From Diadema setosum (lineage: Eukaryota): a DNA stretch of 62,000 bases. The DNA lies in NCBI RefSeq assembly GCF_964275005.1, contig NC_092705.1:5146001-5208000 (forward strand), in the 5' to 3' direction. Shown piece by piece: positions 52,423 to 62,000 of the stretch. Position 1 is the first letter of the stretch; each line of letters begins with the position of its first letter. Position numbers and translations under genes: made by a program. The notes under the pieces are model-generated. The model saw only the letters and a program-made list of their open reading frames with translations, was not told where the DNA came from and searched no databases.

Positions 52423-54328
52423 GTGAGTCAATTTTCCTCAATTTTGCGTCATATCCTCCTTTCTCCTCCCCCAAATATTTCTTTGGCCTTATCACTTTCC
52501 CTTGTGTATGTGTCTGTCTTCTAAATTATGTTTGTTTTTGAAGTGTGTTCAGATGCATTAATTTGAAGTGCATTCACATGCATCAACTTTGAAATGATGA
52601 TGTTCAAAGTTCTAGCTGTCAGTATGTCACCACGCATCAAGCTATGTCATATCTTGGATTTGGCTCTCCGAATATCATCCAAATCCCCTCCTCTACGTCC
52701 ACGTAGATGTATGTGTAGCTGAAGAGTACTATGTGTATACTTTTGGAGCGTGAGAACATGTGCAAATGCACTATACGTCTCATGTTATTCCCTCAAGACC
52801 TTTCCGAGAATCGAGCCAACATGGAAATCCTGGTATAGCCTGAATCAATCCAATGTATAGCATGTAAAGCATATTATTTTGTCTAGATGTATAGAGAGGA
52901 GTTGTAAGGATGGTTTACATACATGTAGCAGTCAGATTCAGTAGACCTTTCTTATGATGAAGCAAAGATTGACGTCACCGTGCAAGAGAGGGGAAGGGGG
53001 TTGTCCTTTTTTTCCCCTTTGGTTGGGAGCATGTTCACGTCACATTAAGCACACAAAAATCTTACAGAAAATGCAGCCAAGAGCCCTGGCTGCGTATTTA
53101 ATGAATCCTTAATAGGCCCAATTCTTCTTCCACAGATTCTTACTTTAACAAATCCTATCATTGATCATAGACATGCTTACTAATGTATTCAAATTTGCGG
53201 ATGTTTCTTCCGTCCTGACGTAATTATGAGCTATTCTATTACCTGCACCTCAAACACACTTTCAAAATGTGTTGGAAGTCACTTTGCTTACATAATTTGT
53301 TGCTATGTTGGGCAAACCTTGGGCTGTTGTCAGGAAGAACCATTGTCAGAATGGCAAGCATAGAACTTCAATATGTTTGGAAATTGGTCTGTTGGTGAAA
53401 GTAGGGGGCAGTAGGTGTATAATGTAATCTCCATCCAATATTTCTAATAGTCCAGGCTGCCTCAAAATCTACACCTCTTATTTGGAAACAATGACAATAT
53501 TTGCTCTCATCGTGTTTGAGCTCAGACATAGGCCTAGCAGCTTATCGATGATGGAACGAACTTTAATTTCTTGTGTAAATGTCACACAGTTTAATGGCAA
53601 GCTCTGATGCATTGTCTGTGTTTACGCAAGCACTGTCTCTTGAATGACAGTTGATGGAACAATCATGTGTTTGCCATTGGGAGTCCTGATTGATCAGTAG
53701 ATCTTGTTTGTGTGTGTGTGTACTGATTCCCATGTAAACATGCATTTGATGTGGTTGACTGCAAAATGTATACAAACGTACATGTACATCGTGGTGGCAG
53801 TTAATTCCTTAATTGTACTTGTAAAGATTACATTATGATTGTAAATGAGCCCATTTTATTTTTTGTATGAACGCTTTGGACAGTTCTTACCAATGAAGGA
53901 ATCTCTGTGCTGCTAGTAGAAGTGATCACGATTATTAGGCAATGGAATAATATTGCATTCATCCAAATACGTCTTGAACAATAGTGATCTGCATGCAATG
54001 CTTGCACTAACTAATTTACATGGAATCTTGACATCATTCGTAAAAATATACGCGTATAGCCAGAGCGTGCACAGATGTATCAGTACCGGTGCTTTCAGAG
54101 CAGAACATAAATGCAAGGAGCACAAGTGCCAAATTGTTCTACAGATATAAATTATCAAAGTATTTATACTTTTAGGGGCTATCACATGTGAATTATGGCT
54201 CTATTTTGTGTATTCTAGCTGTACACAAATTTGATTTTCAGGGTATTGGTACACTTTAAATTTTGCAAATGACGACACAAAACATAAAAAAAATGAAGCG
54301 AAAACATAATGTGCATTTTTTGGAGCAG

Positions 54329-54510
54329 GAGGCTCTTCTTCCAGTAATCCAGAGGGGATGACTAGAGGAGGGTTCGCCACCAACTTTGGGAGCGGCGTGG
54401 CGGGGACCGGTATCCGGGGCGTGGAGGGGACCATCGTGGGCTGCATCTTCAAGGCTCTCATCTCACGGCTGGCGTCTTGCAAGGAAGAGCTCGTCACGCC
54501 AGAGAACGAG
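54329..54510 (+). CDS. UNC80: UNC80 exon 7 (182 nt, ...GFATNFG...VEGTIVGCIFKALISRLASCKEELVTPENE)
   Basis: gcag|GA...GAG|gtacag; overlaps ORF 54358..54609. Confidence 0.92.
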
Positions 54511-54533
54511 GTACAGTACAGTCTCACCTCTGA

Positions 54534-54748
54534 TACTGTAAAAGTGGATATTTTCACGCGAGTAATTTTTCTCATTCGGCCAGTTGAGATGAATTTCGCA
54601 CGTTTTTAATTCCGTGGAATCAGGAAATTAACTACTGGAACATAAATGTCATGCAAAAATATTTCTGTGCTTTTAGTTTTGCGCTACCTTCTGGTTATAG
54701 GTGAAATGCTGAAAATTTCCACACGCGAAAATGTCCACTTTTGTAGTA
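54534..54748 (+). mobile_element. Family A MITE copy 3, 23 nt downstream of UNC80 exon 7
   Basis: tactgtaaaagtggatattttc...aaatgtccacttttgtagta. Confidence 0.82.
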
Positions 54749-55994
54749 TCTGGCCATGTCGGGACCGGTGATCTGGATAAGCGACTTGGCCGAATGTGGG
54801 AGAAACAATGTTTATGTACATGTACTGTATACATGGTTGCCAACCCAGTGGTAGCTAAGCAGGTAGCATACACCACAGAAGTGGTGTAATCTATGCTAGC
54901 CTGCTTAGAATTTATAGTCTGTTTTTTTTTACAGAATTCAAAACATTTTACTGAAAATTCGTAACATACTCCTGTTGAGAATATTACAGGGAACTTGCAG
55001 AAATTTTGATGGAGTTTAAAATCACTTGTGTTTTTGTCTTCTTCGTCTTCACTGTGTGAGCATGTCCAGATTGATAGAGAAGTCGGTATTAGAGATGGTC
55101 GGATAATAGAGGTCGGACTGTACTTTTACTCTCTATCCCCTCTTCTGCCCCAACAAAATGGATCCCCATTGGGCTTATCTGAACTTTGACCTTATTGGGC
55201 TGATATGTGTGCCCAGATCAGAAACCTTGTTGAGAATGTCATTGGGGTTTTGAACACAGGTGGACCCTTTTACAGCGACACCTCATGTAATTAACATTTT
55301 GCATCATTCATCCAATCATAATTTGTAATCACATTAATGACTTAATAAAAAGTTATCAAAAAGTCACAGAACACCTGCACTATCATGCAGTGAAAAGAAA
55401 GGTTTGGGGTTCACATTGTGATATTTGCTGTATGTGTATGAGGGTGTGTGTGTGTGTGTGTGTTTGTGTCTGTGCTGGTGTGTAGAGAAGATTTTGATGC
55501 GTGTGTACAGTGTGTCAGCATTCATACAAGCTGAACGCCCTGCTGTGCATGAGCTGCCGCTGCTCCCCGCATGCTGGAACGTCAACGATGTAACTTACAC
55601 ATGTCAATCTTTGTCGCAAAGAATTGCGGGAAAGTGGGGGGGGGGGGGGGGGGGAGAGGGGAGAGAGAGGGGTACCCTTAATGTGACAGCTGCACATTGA
55701 TGTTGCTGTAATGGCGGACCTCCCCGCAAATATTGCATGCCAATTCCTACAGCTGTGGAATCTGTGTGGTGAGAGGAACAGCTGTATTGAATTGTTAGCA
55801 GATAGATTGATAGGTAGATGAGAGAGAGAGAGAGAGTATATGAATGGTAAAGATAAGGGGGTAGACTGAACGAGAGAAGAAAATGGAGAGGGAGATATAG
55901 AGAATGAAAGAAAGGAAGAGATACAGAGAGAGGATACAAATTTGTCAAGTAGAGGACTAGCAAGAGTATATCACATTTTGCTCAGAGTGATAGA

Positions 55995-55996
<2 letters not shown>

Positions 55997-56042
<46 letters not shown>

Positions 56043-56079
56043 GGAGATAGATAGATAGGTAGATAGATAGATAGATATT

Positions 56080-56127
<48 letters not shown>

Positions 56128-56366
56128 TAGAAAGATAGACATATAGATGGATGGATGGATAGATAGATAGATAGTTAGACAGATAGAGGGAGACGAGGAT
56201 TGAAGGAATAGATAGATACATGTTGATAGATAGTTAGATATCAATAGACAGATAGATAGATATCAATAGATAGATAGATAGTTATCAATAGACAGATAGA
56301 TAGATATAGATAGATAGATAGTTATCAATAGATAGATTGATATCAATAGATAGATAGTTATCAATG

Positions 56367-56403
<37 letters not shown>

Positions 56404-56448
56404 TTATCAATAGATAGATTGATATCAATAGATAGATAGTTATCAATG

Positions 56449-56479
<31 letters not shown>

Positions 56480-56502
56480 TGATAAATAGATTGATAGATA
56501 GA
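55997..56502. repeat. (TA)n-(GA)n-(GATA)n compound microsatellite
   Basis: Direct reading; contains a higher-order tatcaatagatag unit. Confidence 0.95.
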
Positions 56503-56924
56503 TGGGGATTGAAGGAGAGGTAAAAAAGATCGGAGTAGAATGTTATAATAGCTAGAGAAAGAAAGGAAAGAGAATTTGGGATAGGGAAAGATGAATGTGT
56601 ACGGAGAAAAGAAAGAGCGGGGGGGGGGGGCCTCCCAGGCCCCCCTTCCGGATCTCGGCCGTCGATCGCGCAATCGCGATGAAAATTGGCACACGCATTG
56701 CCTATGATGTAATCTAAAGTACCATGAAGTTAATTTTTTCAAAAATTATCATTTACACTAAATTATGCTAATTTATGCATAATGTTGCATGAAATCAGAC
56801 AATTTGGTATAAATCACTAAATAAAGCTCAAAACAGGCACATTTTTTGTGTAGATATTGGTTTTAGTGTCCTTAGCAAATGTAAGAGAAAAAAATTGCAC
56901 AATCAGAAAAAATTTCCTAAGTAT

Positions 56925-58220
56925 TTTATTGTCCCCGCCGAACGAGTTCGAGCAGGGGACTATGAAACGGGCTCCGTACGTGTGTGTGTCCGTGTGTCCG
57001 TCCGTCCGTCCGTGCGTCCGTCCGTGTGTCCGTCCGTGCGTCCGTGTGTGCGTCCGTGTGTGATCAAAATCTTCAATTTGCTACTTCTCTGTCATTTATG
57101 AGCCAATTTTGATTCTGTTTGCTTTATATGATAGCACTACATGGGAGCTTTAAAACTTCTACACAGAATTTCAGTCGTGACCTTTGACCTTGACCTTTGA
57201 CCTATATTGTACATTTTGCTACAAAATGCTACTCCTTCGCCATTTCTAACCCGATTTTGATTCCGTTTGCTTTATATGATGGCACTAGGTGAGGGCTTCA
57301 AAACTTCTACACAGAATTTTGACCTTTGACTTCTTTGACCTTTGACCTTGATTTTTGACCTATATTGTACATTTTGCTACAAAATGCTACTCCTTTGCCA
57401 TTTCTAACCCGATTTCGATTCAGTTTGCTTTATGTGATGGCACTAGGTGAGGGCTTCAAAACTTCTACACAGAATTTTGACCTTTGCCTTCTTTGACCTT
57501 TGACCTTGATTTTTGACCTATATTGTACATTTTGCTACAACATGCTACTCCTTTGCCATTTCTAACCCGATTTCGATTCCGTTTGCTTTATGTGATGGCA
57601 CTAGGTGAGGGCTTCAAAACTCCTACACAGAATTTTGACCTTTGCCTTCTTTGACCTTTGACCTTGATTTTTTACCTATATTGTACAATTTGCTACAAAA
57701 TGCTACTCCTTCGCCATTTCTAACCCGATTTCGATTCCGTTTCTTTATGTGATGGCACTAGGTGAGGGCTTCAAAACTTCTACACAGAATTTTGACCTTT
57801 GCCTTCTTTGACCTTTGACCTTGATTTTTGACCTGTATTGTACATTGGCTACAAAATGCTACTCCTTCGCCGTTTCTAACCCGATTTTGATTCCGTTTGC
57901 TTTATGTGATGGCACTAGGTGAGGGCTTCAAAACTCCTACACAGAATTTTGACCTTTGCCTTCTTTGACCTTTGACCTTGATTTTTGACCTGTATTGTAC
58001 ATTGGCTATAAAATGCTACTCCTTCGCCATTTCTAACCCGATTTTGATTCCGTTTGCTTTATGTGATGGCACTAGGTGAGGGCTTCAAAACTTTTACACA
58101 GAATTTTGACCTTTGACTTCTTTGACCTTTGACCTTGATTTTTTACCTATATTGCACATTTTGCTACAAAATGCTACTTCCGGCGGGGACATATATTACG
58201 CACCGCGTAATTTCTACTTT
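56925..58220 (+). mobile_element. Helentron/DINE-1-like element (HINE) with internal tandem array
   Basis: subTIR gtccccgccg (56931) / cggcggggac (58181), (CCGT)n microsatellite, 3' hairpin attacgc-acc-gcgtaat, inserted in a T-run without TSD. Confidence 0.8.
57075..58180 (+). repeat. Tandem array of ~7 units of 157-158 bp
   Basis: ggcactaggtgagggcttcaaaac recurs at 57281, 57439, 57597, 57754, 57911 and 58068, with a diverged first unit near 57133. Confidence 0.95.
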
Positions 58221-58647
58221 TCCTTGTTGTTTTTTGAATTTCTTATGTATTTCTTCGTTTTTTCGACTTTATGTTTTCCATTGTTTTTTCGATGAAATTT
58301 GTCTGTGACATTGTTCCGAACAAGAAAATGCATTATTGATTGATTTTAATCAATAAAACCCAAAAATAATCATGCTTTTATGAAATTTGCCTGTAAACAC
58401 AGTTTGCATTGAAATTGTACACAAATTCACGTTTTTGAGCAATTTTTAGTCTGACATGCACATGCATATTTATGCGCAACTTCGGAACCGCGCACCCGGG
58501 CATCGCAAATTTGGTGTCAAAAGATGTGGGAGACTCGAAAGAAAAAAGTCATGAAACGTCGCGGCAAAAGCTTCTCGCGATAGCGATATATCGCGCGAAA
58601 CGTTGAGGGGGGGCCTCGGAGGCCCCCCCCCCCCAGCCTAGTTAGGG

Positions 58648-58810
58648 TTAAGACTAATTTTGCATGTTTTTAATTCCACAGAATCAAGACATCAACTACT
58701 GGAATATATGGCAGACAAAAATATTTGCATGCATTTATTTTTGCACTAGTTTCTGGTTGCGTGAAATGTGCAAAAATTTCAACTCCACGAAAATGTCCTC
58801 TTTTACAGTA
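58648..58810 (+). mobile_element. Family A MITE copy 4 (3' part only)
   Basis: Colinear with the 3' three-quarters of 25842-26054; begins at the TTAA of the piggyBac-like element. Confidence 0.8.
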
Positions 58811-59243
58811 AGAGATGTGTGGCTAGAGAGGTAGACCCAGGATTCCACGTTTAAGTGTGATTCATGGCATTAATATTTGTCATGCAGTAACCCAAAAGGT
58901 TCTAAATAAAAATGAAAGTGCTGTGCAAGTGCTTTTGCACAGCATGTGGCTGTGTAGTGAGGAATGTAAAACTGCATCTTCTCATGTGGTCTACTTTGTA
59001 TGCAATAATTGCAGTATCAGTGAACACAAATCACTGTACTGTAGCCGAGAGGTATAAGATATTGTGATGACCGTCAAGTTACGGCTATCTCAGTACAGCC
59101 GTAACAGTAACTTTCATGCTAGATGAGGTACTTTTATGTGTGTGTGTGTGCGTGTGTGTGTGTGTGTGTCTGTGTGTGTATGGAGTTTGTTTTCAAGTGT
59201 AAACAGCCCCAATTCAAGTAACTGCCCCCTTTTGCACCTGCAG

Positions 59244-59395
59244 AACCTGTACAGCGATGTCCGGCAGCTGCTGCACTACGTACGTGAGGCTCATGGAGGC
59301 GTATTTCGGCGCGTCGCCCTCAGCGGCCTGATCGACTCGGCGGGCAAGGGGCAGAAAGACTTCTGTGAGAAGAGCAAGCTGCCAAAAACCGACAG
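59244..59395 (+). CDS. UNC80: UNC80 exon 8 (152 nt, NLYSDVRQLLHYVREAHGGVFRRVALSGLIDSA...)
   Basis: ctgcag|AAC...GAC AG|gtttgt. Confidence 0.95.
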
Positions 59396-60735
59396 GTTTG
59401 TGTTGCTGCCTAAAGCATTTGCACTTTGAAAATGTGCCCCATCCCCCTTCCCCCCAAAAAGACAACAAAACCCAAACAATCCACCAATCAAATCCTGCAT
59501 CACAGTGTTGTGCACTTTTATAATTCAGATACATCCATATCTAGTGCTTGTGTGGAAAGAACATCAGAACATTGTGTCCTATTTCTTTATTATCTCGATT
59601 TGTAAAAAATCTGTAAAAAGTGTATCTGTAAAAAGAGAACATATTTTTCTCAGAAGAGAAAGCAGAAATTTAAAACAATGAGCCTTCTTACATGGTCTTA
59701 TGACTCATATACTGGAGAATTATATTCTATGTACTAAAAGTCAACATATTTCTCATCTTCATATTTCAAAGTGCACAATTTTAGTAGCTTGTAGAGAAAA
59801 TGATTGTTTCAGCACTTTTCAATAGCTTGCTGTTGTTATCATTGCTGTTTAAGCTGACATATTCATAGCCATTAGCTGCATAACAGTGATTTAGTATCAT
59901 TTTTTTTTTCCTTTTGTGGTTTCACATGGAAGACATACTCCATAGGCCGATCCTGTCAATAGCTGATATTAAAGCTAGTGTCATAGCGCCACAACTATGG
60001 CTCGTGACGATAAGATTAATGGTGCAGTTGTCCATAGGTGGTTGACATGGTATCTTTTAAAAATAAATTACCTTGTTTACAGATGGGGATTTACTGTTTT
60101 GAAGGTCATGGGTACAGAGTTTCACTGTAGCTGCATGCAGGGCAGTGACTGTTTGACTTTTTAAAAGAGATCACTGCTCACCAGCACCCTGTAATACCCA
60201 GACAGTGTACAATATTCCTGCCTATATTGCTCTAACATTCCATTCTGATCCTTCCCAAATTAGTTTTCACTATTTTAAAGCATTGAACATTTATTTGAAC
60301 TTCAGCTGTTTTTTTCCCCCCAAACATTGCACATATAATGTACACCCTTACACTAATACTGGAGATACTGGTATAGCATGGAAAAACATGTACTTCTCTT
60401 CCCCAGCTGGAAATATTGTTAAACAGTGCCGATTTATACACCACGTCATTTTCTCTCTTGTACATTTTGTCATTTTGTCAGTAATAGATGTACATATCAG
60501 CCTTTTGTGTCCTACTTTGTACATTGTATGTTGGGGGTAAAAAAAGGTCTACATAGAAGTCAGTGATGTGATTTGAAACAAGTAGAAATAGAACTCAACT
60601 TTTATTTAGGGATGATATTCAGGTATACATGTAGTCTGTAGAGTCACATGTATATTGATTAGGAATGACTATACCATGCTGAAAACCTTGCTAGATGTCA
60701 CAGTCTATATCAATTTGTGTCCTTCTTGCACGCAG

Positions 60736-60944
60736 CGAGGGTAACATCTGCAAGCCTGACATGGACAAGGTCCACCCGGCGTCCATGATCGGCAAGGACA
60801 GCGGCATGGAGTCCGGGAACGTCAGCCCCGGCACCCGCCTCAGGCGCTCCCTGTTCCGCAAGAAGTTCCCGCACTCGGAGTCGACGCTGGAGGACGATCT
60901 TGGTGACGGGACGGGGAAGCGCCGCTTCAGCGTCTTCCAGTTCG
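60736..60944 (+). CDS. UNC80: UNC80 exon 9 (209 nt, EGNICKPDMDK...RRSLFRKKF...KRRFSVFQF)
   Basis: cgcag|C...TTC G|gtgagt. Phase-compatible with exon 8 and strongly GC3-biased, but homology is weaker. Confidence 0.85.
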
Positions 60945-61022
60945 GTGAGTTCCTCCCATCCTCCCAGCTATCGTTTCTCATTTATGATAAAGCAGAATGT
61001 GGCTTGATGTCAACAGAAAAAA

Positions 61023-61200
61023 GACGTAGTGGCCTAGTGGATGAAATCATGGACTTTTATTCCTAAAGTCTGTGGTTCAAATCCCGTGGCAGCAGCAGTT
61101 GTGCCCTCGAGCAAGGCACTTGGTCCTCAATGCTTGTGAGTCCTTCATAGGGGAATTAAAGCTGTCGGTCCAGTGGTATTGTAGGTTGCTCACAAAGCAT
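61023..61200 (+). mobile_element. tRNA-derived SINE (degenerate)
   Basis: A box tggcctagtgg (61030), B box ggttcaaatcc (61074), then the body gtgccctcgagcaaggcactt. No full cloverleaf. Confidence 0.7.
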
Positions 61201-61463
61201 GTACTGTAAGAGATTCTGCAATGGTCTCGTAAGATAAATCCAATCACAAACACAAACAAAGAAATGATATGATAATGATAATGCAGTAATGCACATATTT
61301 TCATTTCTTATTTTGTACTGTATTTGCAACCAGGGTAGTCTTTTTAGTGCTGGCACACTGTTGTTCTGGAGGACATTTTTCTAGAAAAGCCAGGTATGCA
61401 TTTATATACCTAGATCAAGATGGACATCGTGGATGAAACGTCTCAGCTGAGGATGTGCTGTTG

Positions 61464-61910
61464 TTGTTACCTCTACCAAGGAGGTTATGTTTTTGCTGGC
61501 ATTGGTTCGTCTGTCTGTCTGTCTGTTTACAAAATATATCAAAAAGTTATCGACAGATGTAGATGAAATTTGCAAGAAGAGTTTGTATAATGACACAATT
61601 AGGAACAAATGATTAAATTTGGTAGCGATGTGAATCACTGTCTGTTTCCAGAACATTTTTTTTTGTTGAGTTTTTTGAAGGATTCTTTATCAGTGGTAGG
61701 ATCTATCATGAACACTAGATGGCACGCTTGCTTTTGTGACCTTCAGAGCCATTGCACAGGTAGTCAGGAAGTACAATGTAAGTGAAGGCAGCGACGACTG
61801 GTCGGAGTGAGGGTATGTTCATAGTCAAGGAATATAATGCAGATGATATGAATGTAGGATTGGGGTAGGCCTGTTCAAACGTAGGCACTCTTTGAGTGCT
61901 TTTCTTGTTT
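61464..61910 (+). mobile_element. HINE related to 7079-7640
   Basis: ttgttacctctaccaaggaggttatg, (GTCT)n, 3' hairpin gcactc-ttt-gagtgc followed by ttttcttgtt. Confidence 0.65.
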
Positions 61911-62000
61911 CTTATGGAAAAAAGAATGGGGCTCAATTGAAGATAATTTCACCCAGCCGGTTAGTACTGATATAGAATCGAATAGTATTATAAACAATCA

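Larger units (their letters stand above)
56618..58647. mobile_element. piggyBac-like non-autonomous element, left terminus missing, interrupted by a HINE
   Basis: Right end ...ggggggcctcggaggccccc...gcctagttaggg-TTAA. The left side has the matching subterminal G-run-cctcccaggcccccc but no TTAA-ccctaactagg. Confidence 0.7.
12868..60944 (+). other. UNC80: UNC80 gene span, 5' part (coding exons 1-9; gene continues beyond the right edge)
   Basis: Spliced translation contains IPLPIQIFLWRQTS, SFERVLVENKLHGLSP, KLGVAETKLL, FDVSVLRCL, CDVALNI, GCGEG, DFLHALLGFC and HGGVFRRVALS, all recalled UNC80 hallmarks. Phases are consistent. Confidence 0.97.

Noticed and set aside
11358..56502. Pairing of (TCTA)n with the distant (TAGA)n tract
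   Set aside because: The first tract probably lies upstream of the UNC80 transcript, and such repeats are common.
57075..58180. Tandem array as a CRISPR array
   Set aside because: Whole 158-bp units repeat with no unique spacers, there are no cas genes, and the context is a eukaryotic intron.
25842..58810. All four family A MITEs in the same orientation
   Set aside because: With four copies this happens by chance 1 time in 8.
61023..61095. tRNA gene
   Set aside because: A and B boxes are present, but the acceptor stem is poor and a SINE body follows.

Overview
AT-rich, intron-rich, repeat-rich animal genomic DNA. The repeat landscape and protein divergence suggest an invertebrate deuterostome, probably a sea urchin; this is inferred, not proven. 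The window holds the 5' parts of two head-to-head genes. (1) CDC16/APC6 (APC/C TPR subunit) is on the minus strand: ATG at 7966, ten coding exons reconstructed with consistent GT-AG phases, continuing off the left edge. (2) UNC80 (NALCN channelosome subunit) is on the plus strand: ATG at 12868, nine coding exons, continuing off the right edge. UNC80 exon 3 is a single uninterrupted 3036-nt coding exon with a long Pro/Ser-rich region that I do not recognise from vertebrate UNC80. Most other ORFs in the track are spurious (microsatellite, antisense or intronic). Introns contain many non-autonomous elements: TTAA-flanked Kolobok-like and piggyBac-like MITEs (some only 72-84 bp, some nested), TA-flanked Tc1/mariner-type MITEs, Helentron/DINE-1-like elements (one with a ~158-bp tandem array), a tRNA-derived SINE and LINE 3' remnants. 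I found no prokaryotic-type system and nothing I can call a new biological system. The best leads are the giant UNC80 exon (possible exitron, signalling motifs), alternative splicing around exons 4-5, and the nested element clusters. All comparisons with human proteins and exon sizes are from memory and need checking.
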